DNA of 64,000 bases from Octopus sinensis (taxonomy: Eukaryota): positions 16,182,001 through 16,246,000 of the forward strand of contig NC_043008.1 of the NCBI RefSeq assembly GCF_006345805.1, written 5' to 3'. Positions 26,438-40,971 of this stretch are shown here, in pieces; position 1 is the first letter of the stretch; every line of letters begins with the position of its first letter. The translations under genes were made by a program, and so were the position numbers. The notes under the pieces were generated by a model. It had not been told where the DNA came from. It did no database searches and saw only the letters and a list, made by a program, of their open reading frames with translations.

Positions 26438-26829
26438 GGTGGTGGTGGAAGCACTCCGTCGGTTACGGCGACGAGGGTTCCGGTTGAACCGATCAACGGA
26501 ACAGCCTGCACGTGAAATTAACGTGTAAGTGGCTGAGCACTCCACGGACACGTGTACCCTTAACGTAGTTCTCGGGGATATTCAGCGTGACGCAGAGAGT
26601 GACAGGGCCGACCCTTTTGAAATACAGGTACAACAGAAACAGGAAGTAAGAGTGAGAGAAAGTTGTGGTGAAAGAGTACAGCAGGGATCACCACCATCCC
26701 TGCCGGAGCCTCGTGGAGCTTTAGGTGTTTTCGCTCAATAAACACTCACAACGCCCGGTCTGGGAATCGAAACCGCGATCCTACGACCGCGAGTCCGCTG
26801 CCCTAACCACTGGGCCATTGCGCCTCCAC
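26438..26829 (-). mobile_element. SINE family B, body type 3, full length, with a 13-bp TSD
   Basis: tRNA head at 26829 on the minus strand; (ACC)n tail; AAATGTTGGTATT at 26425-26437 and 26830-26842. Confidence 0.93.
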
Positions 26830-27399
26830 AAATGTTGGTATTATCACTCTAATCTCATTATTCTTTGCCTAAATATTGCTATTATTATTTCTTTAATTGT
26901 TGATAGTAGTTTACTGCTTAAAATACTACTCTCATTTAGAGATTCGATCGTCTGCTAGTTTCGTACTAACCTTATAATTGTGTACACATTTGTAATATCA
27001 CCGTCTTCATTACATGTCTCATTGGTCTCATTAACGATTTGTTTGCTTGCTTATGTCAATACCCAACTGGTTTAAATAACATCACAAATTTTATTATTGA
27101 TATTTCATTATTAATATTCTTATTTGTCTAATTACATAATTCATTTATTTTACTGGTTCTAGCAGACATTTCGTTACTAGCCTATTCTCAATAATGGTCT
27201 CATCATTGCGTCATACAGAATGCTTTCTTGTAGCCTCAGCATCCCTATAGCATTCCGCACTATCTTTATAGAAAGGAACATATTGGCGAACATAATTCTT
27301 GACACATTCGCAAGATAGGACAGCTAAATACGAAATGCTCTCCAACACACGTCAAGACAACGAGAGCAAACCTCGAATTAATCAAGAATAACAATCATA

Positions 27400-27770
27400 A
27401 GTTAACTCCCTTAATTAATATTCTTGCAGGCTGAGTAAAGGGTTTTACAGATCGGGAATTGTTTGACTAGTAATCCTTATCCCTTAAACCATTCCGATCG
27501 CTTAGTCAACCAATGCCTTCTTCTCCGAATATCATATTCTGGAACCCTATTGTGCATTGCAAATCTTCCAATATAGAAATATATCAAGAGCGCTGAGGGA
27601 CATATTAAAAAATTAGGCTCTGCTCGAATAAAAACGTTACGATAGCAATTATGGAAACGTGCCAGAAATTACAGTAAATTTGTCGTAAAAGTATAGCAGC
27701 TGTTATCACTATAGTAGCTCTATATATTATAATAAATAGCTTCAACAAAGAAGGTGGTAGTGGCTGGGGA
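27400..27770 (+). mobile_element. Highly decayed Penelope-like GIY-YIG endonuclease region
   Basis: Fragments IGNCLTSN..IVHCKSSNIEIY..AEGHIKK..WKRARNYS follow the order of the PLE GxCLTxxxVY..YIG..EGxFKxR motifs; heavily frameshifted. Confidence 0.35.
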
Positions 27771-28107
27771 AAAAAAACTTTAAAACGAACTAAAGTTTAT
27801 ACACACACACACACACAAGCACATAACATATACACACATATTTGCATGTATGTGGATGAATATATATATATATATATTATATATATATATTATATATATA
27901 TATATTATATATATATGTGTGTATATATTTATACATATATATATATATGTATATATTATATATATATATATATACCCTATACATGTATATACAAATATAT
28001 GAGCATATATTTATATTATAAATGCTTAGATGTTCATATATATATATATATGTGTATATATAGTGTGTATATGTATATATATATATATTATATATATATA
28101 TATCAAC

Positions 28108-28232
<125 letters not shown>

Positions 28233-28746
28233 GTATATATTTATGTATGTGTGTGTACGTGTGTGTGTGTATGTGTGTGTGTGTGCGTTTTAAAGTTAAT
28301 ATATTGTAGCGACCAGACAGCTGAATGTAACTAAACTACATAAATACAATTAAATTGCTATATCAAACAAATTATATGTTTTACTTCCAAATAAATCAAT
28401 TCTGAAGATATTTAAGAGACTTGCTGTATATTGATGTAAGATAAATATTGGTGCAGTTTTGTAGTGACAGCTCGTTTTGTTAAACAATTTTTAAAGATTA
28501 TCATATTCATTATCGCAATCTTTTGTCTTATTTTACCAGACAATGCTGTCACTGGTGGAGAATTTTTTTTCCTATCTACATATCAAACGTTGCCACCTAC
28601 AGAAAATCAGAAAAGAAAAACCTGCGTCTAATCTTACTATACTAGAATTTTGAACGAAACCAACTGATTTCACACGTAGTATAGTTGAGTATATATGCAG
28701 TCATGTTTATGTATCTGTTTCGATATCGATATCTATATATTCATAT

Positions 28747-28950
28747 TGATAGATAGATAAATAGATAGATAGATAGAAATAGATAGACAGATAGAAAGTC
28801 AGATAGATAGAGAGACAAATAGATATATAGACAGATAAATAGATATATAGATAGACACACAGACATAGATTGATAGGTAGATTGGCACACACACACAGAC
28901 AGACAGACAGACAGACAGATAGAGAGATAGATAGATAGATAGATAGATAG

Positions 28951-28998
<48 letters not shown>

Positions 28999-29025
28999 GG
29001 ACGGACGGATGGATAGATAGATAGA
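28747..29025. repeat. (GATA)n/(GACA)n microsatellite
   Basis: Seen directly. Confidence 0.97.
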
Positions 29026-29206
29026 AATATTTTATACTCACACACATACACACGGAACATGCATATACATACATATTTGTGAGTGTCTGTGTGGGTGTGT
29101 GTTTGTATATGGAGGTGGTGGCTTAGTGGTAAAGTTATTCAGCTCACGTTCCTAAGGTAGTAACTTATATATGCGCACGCGCGCACACACTGAGTCACGC
29201 ACACAG

Positions 29207-29246
<40 letters not shown>

Positions 29247-30720
29247 TACATGCATGCACGCGTGCGTGCGTGTTTGTCTGTGTATGGTATGTGTGTATAT
29301 GCATGTAAACATAATTTTGAGGTTTTTAATCTGAACTAAACCAAACATATTTTGCTCGTTTTCTGTTTCGAAAGAGCAGGGATACAGAATTGTAAAACGC
29401 TATTAATTCTCAGTAGCACTTGTGGTGAAATAGGAACCGTAGCTATTTAGCTGAAGTTTGTTACTGGTGTATGCAAGCTAATATATTAATGAAAATAGGC
29501 AGTATCAAAAGTCTTCGAATTAAATATCATAAACCAACACATTCATATTTATCTTAGGACCATGAAAGCATTTAATTAAAAGATGCTTTCTTAATGTTAT
29601 CTTATTGCCTACCGGTTTATATAATCACAAGTAAGAAGCAATTTTGTGAACTAGGTCAGTCTAGTTTCATTATTAGTTGAAACAACGTTTTCTTTCTCGC
29701 TTTGCGAATTGTATTCTTATTCCTTAAATATAATTGATCACAAGATGATATTTCCTGGATTAGGTTATCTCAAACTCTTGGCATATATAGTGCTTCTTAG
29801 ATTAGAAGATTTTCGGAAGCGAACAGACGTTTGAAAGATTTGTTATAGCTACGTTTAAAAAAACAATGATATTAAACGAAAGCTATGTTATTCTAGTTGA
29901 AATATTTATTTATAAGACGAAATTTTATGATTGAAACCTTATGAAAACAATGACGTATATGAGTCCTCCTCCGACTAGTGTGTATCTTAACAATTTCAAT
30001 TATGAATGCTTTCATAAGAGCAGTGAGCTTACGTACCAACTCTATTATTTATTGTTATTGAACAGCGAAATATTTCTACCACATATATATGTAGATTCAA
30101 ACTGCTTTCAAAACTTTCGTACTTATAATGAGGCATTTCATTAATGATATATTGCAAAGAGTTGTTTTTTCCTCATGTAATTTTACTTTACAATATCTAT
30201 TTGCTGTTTCGTTCCCACCCCTAAAAGATCACATCAAATTTTTCAGTCTACAAAACGTATTGAACCCAAATCTAGATTCATTTTCTATAGAAAATTATTG
30301 AAATTAATTTATTTTTGAAAAGATTTAGCATTTTTACACTTCGGGGAATTTTGTTTTTCGAGGGAAAGAGAATATAAACTTACTAAAAGACACGTGATGT
30401 AATCCTTAGCTAAGGTGTCATGCAAGATAATTAGTTTAAAGTGAGGTGCGTCTACCTGTACTTCGAAGTATCTTACACCGGTACTTTACATAATTAATAG
30501 CAAGGAAGTAGATATATTCCCAGAATATGAGAAACATCAAATAAAATTAACCAGGTTTTTTACGGATTTCATGAAATATCATGAAGATGCAGTCGAGGAC
30601 CTAGTAATTGATTTGTGGGAATCAATCGATTATAGTGTATGTTTAAGGTTTTGACTAAACAAAATTTACTTGTTTTACATCACCGTTTCTTACAGATACT
30701 AAATTATTCTGTCTTAACAC

Positions 30721-31029
30721 ATGCTTTCCTTGGAGTTTTAAAATTCGAATCAGTTGTCTTTAAATGTCATTTTTGCACATATCACTTAATCATTTTAACC
30801 GGAGTTTAATTACTATTAACGTATTATCTTTCCACATAAACACTTTTGTACTTTTATATATCTTTATATCACTTTAGCGATGCTTTGCTTGGATTTTAAA
30901 AATTCGAATCTGTTGTCTTTAAATGTCATTTTTGCGCATATCTTTTAATCATTTTAACCGGAGTTTAATATCTATTAACGTATTATTCTTCCACATAAAC
31001 ACTTTTGTACTTGATTCCTTTATATCACC
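30721..31029 (+). repeat. Direct tandem duplication, unit about 159 bp, two copies
   Basis: ATGCTTT..AAATTCGAATC..TTTTAACCGGAGTTTAAT..CACTTTTGTACTT..TTTATATCAC starts at 30721 and 30880. Confidence 0.95.
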
Positions 31030-32138
31030 ATTCAGGGGAAAAACCGGTTGGCAATTAAGGTGTCATCGTATTATCTTTTCCTAACGTCAATTTGTTTATA
31101 TTCTGTTCATGTTGCTTTTGAAGGTGAAAATATTTCAGGCTCAACTACAGTAACACCTCTCTTGTACATGACACTTGATATCTGTCCATTAGTAGCTGAC
31201 TAATTAATTTTTAAACATTTATACATTGGGGAAATAAATAAATGAGAATTATTGATTATAAAACTATTTAACTTACTCAAAACATCTTCACATCAATATT
31301 GTTCACTATTTTTAACAACCACTTCATATTTATATTGGTGCTTAAGGGGAGAGCGATTGAAATTCTCCTCATATATACATACGACGTGTACTTCCAAAAT
31401 GCTCCATTTCAGGAGAAATTTACTGAAATTATTATGCTTCCATGAATCTAAGTATATATTTAGAAAGAATATACTACGAGAATTATGTAAATTACTCTAA
31501 ATCTGCTTGTGTTACTCCCTCGAGATTTATACTGAATAACCTCTAGACTCTTCTCCCCCAGTACGCATGACTTTTTATTCGCATAATTTGTGTCTATAGC
31601 GTCAGACTGACTGATGGATGAGTGCATCACACTGACTTTTGGCAATAAGGCGAATAGAGTAAAATGAAACGAAAGGGAGATTAGAGTGTACTAGCGGAAA
31701 CATATTGTATATATATTTTTATGTGTACATATATTTTATCCAAGAGCGCGGAAAATTCTATGACAGTGAAACAAATGATTTTACATAGGAGAGTGTGAGT
31801 GAGTGAGTGAGTGAGTGAGTGAGTTAATGAGTGAGTAAATGTCTGAATGAGTGATTGAATGTGTACAAGTGAGTATGTGCACCTTCGCTGATTTAACAGT
31901 ATATTTACGTATATTCTTACTGTTATATTAGTAATTAAATGATGTTATCAACTTCTGTTGATTCGGTCATTTATAAAAACACAAATAAGTTTTCGAATTA
32001 AAAATGTTTCTTTGCATTCAGCCACATAGCTCGGTACTCATACATTTTTTTCGAAACCCTGCCTGGAATGTACTAATTGCTGGTCCGGAATATCAAATTC
32101 CATCAACCCTATTTGAAAATGCACCTGTTTAAACACTC

Positions 32139-32610
32139 ACTTACCGGAGATATACATATTACTGTGCGCTGTACAGAATCGCAATACAACACATCTTATT
32201 GAGAATTATTCTGAGATATGTAAAACTTAACAAATTAAAATAGAATATTCCCTGTCATTCTATAGTAATATAAGCATATTAAAGATATTTAGAAAATTCC
32301 TACCTACTTACATAAATATTTAATTTATATTTGAGTTAAACATATAAAAAGTGATGACATAAAAGTTTACCCAGGTATTTTGATGATCAATTGTATTATT
32401 AACCTCGTTATTTTGCTTATTTTGTAACTCAATATCATATATAGGCGCAGGAGTGGCTGTGTGGTAAGTAGCTTGTTTACCAACCACATGGTTCCGGGTT
32501 CAGTCCCACTGCGTGGTACCTTGGGCAAGTATCTTCTACTATAGCCTCGGGCCGACCAAAGCCTTGTGAGTGGATTTGGAAGACGGAAACTGAAAGAAGC
32601 CCGTCGTATG

Positions 32611-32641
<31 letters not shown>

Positions 32642-33083
32642 TTGTGTGTGTGTCTGTGTTTATCCCCTCCCAACATCGCTTGACAACCGATGATGATGTG
32701 TTTATGTCCCCGTTACTAGCGGTTCGGCAAAGAGACCGATAGAATAAGTACTGGGCTTACAAAATAATAAGACCTGGGGTCGAGTTGCTCGATTAAAGGC
32801 GCTGCTCCAGCATGGCCGCAGTCAAATTACTGAAACAAGTAAAAGAGTAAAAGAGTAAAAGAGTAAAGGAATTTTGGGATACATCTCCATCCAAGAATTG
32901 TCCGTAACAATGAGAACGAAAATAGTGGTAGTGGAGGACTGTAAGTAGTTAGGAATTTTCTAAATATGTTTAATATTCTATTTTAATTTGCTAATTTTTA
33001 CGTATCTCAGAATAATTCTCAATAAGATGTGTTCGTATTGCGATTCTGTCCTGCGCACAGTAATATGTGTAACTCCGGTAAGT
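32139..33083. mobile_element. Foldback/MITE-like element with about 145-bp inverted arms, carrying a nested SINE
   Basis: 32139-32312 is the reverse complement of 32940-33083, with about 30 extra bp in the left arm. Confidence 0.8.
32444..32867 (+). mobile_element. SINE family A, full length
   Basis: A box TGGCTGTGTGG, B box GGTTCAGTCCC, CORE-like CCTTGGGCAAGT, internal (TA)n(TG)n, (GTAAAAGA)n tail. Confidence 0.96.
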
Positions 33084-35959
33084 TACACCTTCACACCTGT
33101 GACAAAGTACTACACAACCAGTTAACCTCCCTGAGAGAAATAACTATTGAACGAGGAGGCCCCCAGCGATATCTCTAATCTACGACTGTTACTCGTGAAA
33201 TATTCCTCCTCAAACCTCAAGTTGGCGTCGAAAGAGAAGTAAATGTTTATTAAATAATATTGTTCTTGAAAACTTAAATAGGTGAAATCGTCAGTGGTAA
33301 ATTGGTGCTGAATACACAGATCTTGTAACAGGGTTAACATGCTTCTAAAATCAATTAAAGAAAAGCAAATAATTTAACAGACCTGATTAAAAATACTTTT
33401 ACACATTTAGTCAAGACGAATAACAACGAATCTATTTATAAATCACAGCAAATTCAAAATATTGAATTTGAGAATATGTTTCAAAACAGTATATGCTTTT
33501 TGAAAGTTTTGGTCATGAGATCAATAGTTTTATTTTCTTCTCTATTGGTGGACTGAATACGAGATTTGAAAAATGGCTCATATACAAAATGTTACTTGTT
33601 AAAGTCGTTTGCCGGGCAAGAGAAATAACTAGAGACGACACATTTTCCAAGTGTTCCTCTGAGTTTATTTTCTAATTGCTTCTTGAAAACTATCAAAATA
33701 AGAATTTCAGGATGTCACACATTTTCATGATGAATGATTATTTCCCTAGAGCTAATTGCAATTTAGAGAAATACACTCATTTTCTATTAACTAATTGTAT
33801 TTGTTCAACATCCTGAATCCATATTGCAAATATTTATGACGTCAAATATGCTACAAATTCCGTAGGGGAAACCGTTCATATAAAATAAATACATATTTGG
33901 TTTGCCTGTTCCCCAGTAAATAGAAAAAAGATAGGAAAAAAATAAATATTATAACAATAATACTAACATGGAAGAATAAACATTGCATTTTACACAATAC
34001 CTGGAACCTGAACTTGAAAATAAGGTTCAAGACGCAAAACCCAATATCATATAATATCAAATTCTCTGCAGCTTTAATCTAAAGTAAATTGAATTAACTC
34101 TCATCAGTTCTTTTGTTAATGGAATCCAATCCGTTTTACATGAATTGCCAACTCAATGACTTTTTACGACTATAGACTACTCATTTAATAATAATGATTT
34201 ATTTCCCAACTTCAAAACCTGATTGTCACGGATTCATTATCTTCCACGCATTCTACTGTATCTGGACATTCGTGTGGTTGCGGAATCTGATACGTAGATG
34301 ACAGGATTTAAAAATCATTTTAATATAAATTCAATACATTTGCATTATGAGCTTCTCTCTTCGTTGCGAAACATTAAGTATTAATCTTATATATTTGTTA
34401 CATAACATATAAACACACCATTCACAGTCTAAGAATCCATGAGTCATCAAAAAATATGCACTACGATATTTATCAGTAGAATGGGTATATTAATCGAAGT
34501 GGACAGTATTATATATTCAGCAAGTGGTATTATATACCCTACTGAATCTAAAGTTACCTTCTATTTTACCTGTAGCGGTGTGAACTTGGTAGCCACTTTA
34601 TTATTACTTTATTAATACGGCAATATATATATATATGGAAGATTTATTTATACATATATATATATATCTGTCTGTCTCTGTCTCTATCTGTCTCTGTCTC
34701 TCTCTCTCTCTCTTTGTATATATATATAATATATATATATATATATGACAATCTTATATTAGTATTGTGATAAAGATGCTCGTGAAATTAGTCAACAGGA
34801 CATTATAGCAAATGATACTGTCAAACTTGAAATCAATATATTATATGCAATTTCGTACTGAATAATGATATATTTACAACACCAAAGTGCCTATATATCG
34901 TCACTACACTAACTTTGCCTTCTATCTCACATGTCTGAATGCCGTTGACATATCAATAAATATAGCCCAATTTCCGCTATTTAGCAAATACAAAAATTTT
35001 GTAAAATACTATTACAAAATTGAAATGTCATATCTGAAGATGTATATTTATATTAATGTATGCTGTATTGCTTTGAGTGGCAAGATTTTTTCTTAAAATA
35101 ATATAGATTAATGTAATGTATGAATATATTGCTGCTAAACTGTATATAAAGTGTGTCCGGATAGAATGAATATACTGAAGCATAGACGAAGAACCCACTA
35201 TATGTATTGTGATGATTAAGATTATCTAGAGATCCAGAATTAATAACATTTAACAAGGTGTTACTCGTCTATGGGATTTAACACAGTATTTGGATTTACA
35301 GATGAATTGTAGGTTTTCTTGTTTTATTTTCCTGTAGACATGTCCTGTAGCAGTTTTGTTGGATCCTATATGAAGAATTAATCATATCTATACGCGGATA
35401 ATTTTCTAAAAGTTGTTAAAAATATCGCAAAACACACAAATGTTTTCCTGTATCATCTTATTTATTATAGTCAGATTTCTAATCATGGTAATGTCAGCCT
35501 TGGATATTGTTTCTCCAGTATAGATAAAAAAAACTACAAGCCAAATATATTTCAAACGTTAATAAATAAGTAGTTGTACTATGCAAGAATATGCTTCTAT
35601 CATACAGGGTTATGTTAAAATCTTACATATGACTATAGTTAATCCTATCACTTTATAAAGTCAAGAGAACAGCCAGCATCCATTCGTGAAAATATATGTC
35701 ATTCAGGGCCATCGAATCGTCTTTTAGTAGTAGCTGTGTCTAAGAGTCAAAGCGCTATACTTTGATTGAGAGAGTAGAATTTCGTCTGAGGGATATGTAA
35801 ATAATATTTCTCCTACATAGAACAAATTCGCAGAAAATCTTTCCGTTTTTGAACCGTATCTCATGTGCTATTATCTTAGCACAGGTCTGCCATGAGCTCA
35901 ATGTAACTTAATGACGATGCTTACTACAGTTTCCGTGTTGCATACGTGACTCATATTCC

Positions 35960-36150
35960 AACACTTACTCCTGGACAGGATGCCAGTCTTTCACAGTGTT
36001 AACTCTCCAGTTATTGCCAAACCTCAATTACAGCTGAATAAACTAGAGCAATGTAAATTGAAGTGTTTTGATTCAACAAAACAGCGCGCGAACCATCCAG
36101 AAGTCGAAAGAAAAATCTTGCAATTTCGAGTTTGACACCCTAACCACAAC
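35960..36150 (-). mobile_element. Old, decayed tRNA/V-like SINE
   Basis: CTGGACAGGATGCCAGTC and CACCCTAACCAC are the reverse of V-like and A-box motifs. Confidence 0.5.
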
Positions 36151-36648
36151 GAACCGCAAAATCACGTTTAATCATATTGATTAAACGTTATAAAATACCA
36201 TAGCGGCAAACAGAAAAATTGATATTTTGAATGAAAAAGGAATTAATAATTTCAAACATGAATACTGAACCTGATATGATAAATTTCTAGACTGCTACCA
36301 TTCGAAGATTTGTTTAGCTTTTCAAAACGTCAGAAAAATATTTAATGAGAAGATAAAAGATAAAGTTAACAATCAAGATACTTATAAAATTTAACTGATT
36401 CGCGCTTTTCTTTCGAAACATAATAGAAAGATACGAGTCCTCTGGGTATTTGTATCTCTTGTGAGTTGATTGAAAAATCAAAAGAAAATGTCGAGTAAGA
36501 ATACATATATATTTTTTTTTGTTCAGGTAAGAAACCAAAATTTAAAAATCAGCACAAAAAACATTTGGTTATTGTATGCACGTGCATATATATAAATGTA
36601 AATATAAATATAAATATAAATATAAATATATATATATATTATATATAT

Positions 36649-36709
<61 letters not shown>

Positions 36710-36923
36710 CATATACATACATATACATATATACACATATATATATACATATGTATACACATATATATACCTACATATGTATATACACACACACATATAT
36801 AAATATACATATACATACATATACACAAATATATATATATATACATATGTCTATATATATATATATATTTACGTATAATATATGTGCGTGCGTGTGTATG
36901 TATACATATACATACATTATACA

Positions 36924-36965
<42 letters not shown>

Positions 36966-37366
36966 TACATATTGATGTTTGTTCTTATGTTGATGTTGAG
37001 TTGTAACTAACAGAACTCGTATTAAACTAATGAATTATAGAATATATTTTGTAGAACACATATTGCTGTCTTACAAGAAATGTGCGAGTGACTTCGAAGT
37101 ATCGGCATGCTAATTCAATGAAATCTCATGTAAATCTATCACTCACTCACTCGCTCCTTCAATAGCTCAATCAATCGATATATACTTAGCTATATGTATA
37201 TATGTGTGTGAGTGTGTGTGTGAGCGTGTATATGTGTGCATGGGTGTTTGTGCGTGTGTATATATATTACTTTTGTGTTTCCGTTATCCGGCAACTTTCA
37301 TATATAAATGTACATATGTATATAGGATTATGAACACATATATACGTGTACATCTATGCATGTGTG

Positions 37367-37399
<33 letters not shown>

Positions 37400-37870
37400 A
37401 GTGTGGCTGTGTGTATGTGTGTATTTTGCAGTAAGGTGATATCCGCCTACATTGCATAGAATCTTCTGCAGAAGTTGAACTGTATTTGAAGAGTACGAAA
37501 ATAATATTAGCGTTACCAGGTAGTTGAATAAAAGAAACCTGAATAAAAACTTTGCAGTATTCCCATGAGTCGGCATTGCCAGAATCCGTGGTACGCTGAT
37601 TGTTTGTGCTGGTAAAATTGTGTCCGTCATATTCCGTCAATTTTATAACAATCCGTTAAACAAGGTCGTGGGATTTTACTGGGCCAAACTTTTACACATC
37701 GTCGAAACAGACGAAAAATCACTTTTGCATAACTTTCCAATAATTTATAATTACATGTAAGTGGTAGGTTTCTGTGTTTACTCTTAATTCTAACTAGAAG
37801 CATTCGCTTTATACACAGACCTTACAGATTTCGATTACATTGTATATATATATATAATAATATTTATATA

Positions 37871-37926
<56 letters not shown>

Positions 37927-38022
37927 TATGTCTATATCTGTATATTTTCTATTTATATATTTATATATCTAAGTACATATGTATCTATACAGATATATGT
38001 ATATATCATCTCTCTCTCTCTC

Positions 38023-38054
<32 letters not shown>

Positions 38055-38076
38055 TCATATATATGTATATATATAT

Positions 38077-38139
<63 letters not shown>

Positions 38140-38265
38140 ATATATGTTTATAAGTATCCGTATATACACACAGAGAAAATCATATTATATATGCAAACGC
38201 ATATATATACACGATCAAACTTATATTTAAAGAGCGCGCGCGAGAGACAGAGTGAGAGAGAATAT

Positions 38266-38300
<35 letters not shown>

Positions 38301-39409
38301 GGAGAGAGAGAGTGAGAAAGTAAGAGAACGTGTGTGTGCTACGAAAGATGAGAGAGACCGTTTTGGTGTAACATAAATCAAAGGAATTGTTAACTTTGTT
38401 TTTCGCTACCACCCAAATAAACGCATAGAAAACTATGTGTACACACGCATATCCACACACAAGACCACGCGCACGCATGCACACATACACATATACATCT
38501 AATAGAATACGGAAACTTGATAGTAATGCATTTATTCATGACACCTTGTGTTTATATAAAGTGTTTATATATATATCTTTAGTTTGTATACATACACACA
38601 TACGTGTGTTGGTATATATATATATGGGTGTATATGTTTATATATATCATATTTGTATACATATATTTTATATATATATACATATATATATATATGTATT
38701 ATATTTATATATATATATAGTATATATATTAATATATATATACAAATTGATATATATATATATATTGTATATATATATATTGTATAAATATATATATATA
38801 TATATTGTATATATATATATTGTAGATATATTGTGTATATATATATTTTATATATATATTGTGTATATATATATGTATATACATATTGTAGATATATTGC
38901 GTATATATATTGTAGATATATATCGTGTATATATATTGTATATATATATATATATTATATATATAATATATATATTATATATATATAATACAAATATATA
39001 TATTATACAATATATATATATATATATATACGCAGACAAACTAACACACATACATATCCACACACGCGCATATATATATATATACATATGTAAGTACATC
39101 TTTATAAAGTAAGTTAATATTTTTTGAGTTTGCATCAATACTCGCTTAAATCAGGTGATTTGCTGCGAGGTGTTTCACAAAACGTGATTAATAACTTTAT
39201 GCTTTCTCCCATGTCTCTTCGCGTTTGATGTTTTCTTACTTTTTAATACTTTTCAAAGTATATAATAGAGAAAAGTGTTAAACACTTTGAAGTAGTCCGT
39301 GGAACCTACCTTTAAACTTCTCTGTTATCATTTCCTTTTACGAATATGATGAAAAAAATAAAATAAAATAAAATAAAATAAATAAAATAAATGCCACTGG
39401 TTAATAACA

Positions 39410-39556
39410 TCAACAACGACAATGATGATGATGATAATGATGATGATGATGATGTTGATGGTGACTACGACGAAGAGGACGAGGAAGATGATGTCGACCA
39501 TGGCGCCGACGACCACGACGATGATGATAATAATAACAACAGAAATAATATTAATG

Positions 39557-39613
<57 letters not shown>

Positions 39614-39619
39614 TAATAA

Positions 39620-39650
<31 letters not shown>

Positions 39651-39715
39651 AAGAAGAAATCTTTTCTACAAAGGGCGGAAGGCCTGGAATAATAATAATA
39701 ATTTAAATAATAATG

Positions 39716-39762
<47 letters not shown>

Positions 39763-40000
39763 TAATAAAATAACAATAATAATAATATTGGTGATAATGA
39801 TGATTATGAGGATGATGAAAATAGTAATGTTTGTCATAGATATGATAAGAGTAATAATATTGATAATGTTAATGTCAAGACTAATAAAACTAACAACAAC
39901 AACAATAACAACAACAGCAACAACAACAACAATAATAATGATGATGATGAGAATAATAATAATAATAATAACAATAATAATAATAATAACAATAATAATA
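39410..40000. repeat. Compound trinucleotide array (GAT/GAC/AAT/AAG/AAC)
   Basis: Seen directly; explains the poly-D/N/R ORFs. Confidence 0.97.
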
Positions 40001-40924
40001 TCGTTCTTATTAGAAATGTATAATCGAGAATAAGTATGAAGCTAATATTGTAAAGAACATGAATAACAACAACATCAACAACAGTTTTCTTTGAACCCTC
40101 GAAACTATTTAAGTTTATAAAATAAGTTTGAGTACAGAATATAATAAGAAATTTATATAAAAATGCGTGAAATAATAATTATATCCAAAGAATATTTTTT
40201 TTTAAAATCATTTAAGAATATCACTAAAATAGAAGAAAAAACTAATAAGAAAAGAACAGTTTATAAATCATTAAACAGAATAAAACGAGAAAAACACGAT
40301 GGTTAAACGTAAGGTAATCAGAACGAACGTCGGACTTACGGATATTGGTTTAAGATATATTATTTATCATTTGTTATTTCGCTGTTGTATTTTGGTCACT
40401 TTCAAAGAGCCTGTCCTTAAGGTAACTATATATAATAAATCAATAACAGTTTTGTCTGCAACTGAAGATGGCGTTTTCTTCTTTTTTACGTATCTCAATA
40501 ATATCCAACTATATTATGGAAGTTTTTTTACTGATCAGTATAATACAAACTAATGTATAGGCTGTTTTCTCCCGGAAATTTCTTGAAGCAACTAAAATCC
40601 ATTGAAAATACTGCGATGTTTTCCAATATTTTCGTTTCCTTGTACTTTGTGGATTCTTATGTCCTAAGGTTGATTCTGTTTTCCATTATGTTGATAAAAT
40701 ATGTAAGAAACTTGTGTTTTAAATGCTTATTGCTCACACATTGTGCTTTGTTGCCTAAATTGTAAATAATATTTTAATAAGAAATGGTTTCCTTCGTATA
40801 CTATTAGAGAAAAGACTAAACAGATGCATTTACTTCTGGCAACATAGGTGCTGTCTCAAAAAAATATAGAACGACATGTTGTTGGTGGTACATTATTAAA
40901 AATCTAACGTGTTGTTTTCTTCAG

Positions 40925-40971
40925 TTCCAGTACTGGCCTGGAGCAGGTATGAATGTCTTAAAAGGCGTTCG
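40925..40971 (+). other. Candidate small internal exon (22 nt to donor 40947, or 47 nt to donor 40972)
   Basis: CTAAC branch-like motif at 40904, GTTGTTTTCTTCAG acceptor, donors CAG|GTATGA and TCG|GTGAGA; two open frames (FQYWPGAGMNVLKGV.. and PVLAWSRYECLKRRS). Confidence 0.3.

Noticed and set aside
33122-33337. Possible piggyBac MITE bounded by TTAA-CC...GG-TTAA
   Set aside because: The inverted match does not extend beyond a few bases
34218-34290. Possible minus-strand exon IPQPHECPDTVECVEDNESVTI
   Set aside because: Weak pyrimidine tract and a poor GTTTTG donor; no supporting neighbouring exons
37284-37640. 118-aa minus-strand ORF with a complex N-terminal half
   Set aside because: No recognisable domain, runs into a microsatellite and lacks convincing splice sites
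38435-39112. Longest ORF (225 aa) and the many other [12 protein letters not shown] ORFs
   Set aside because: Translations of (TA)n, (TG)n and (TATC)n microsatellites, which lack stop codons in some frames
39391-40033. Poly-D/N/R and poly-I/M/T ORFs
   Set aside because: Compound trinucleotide microsatellite with no splice signals or complex sequence
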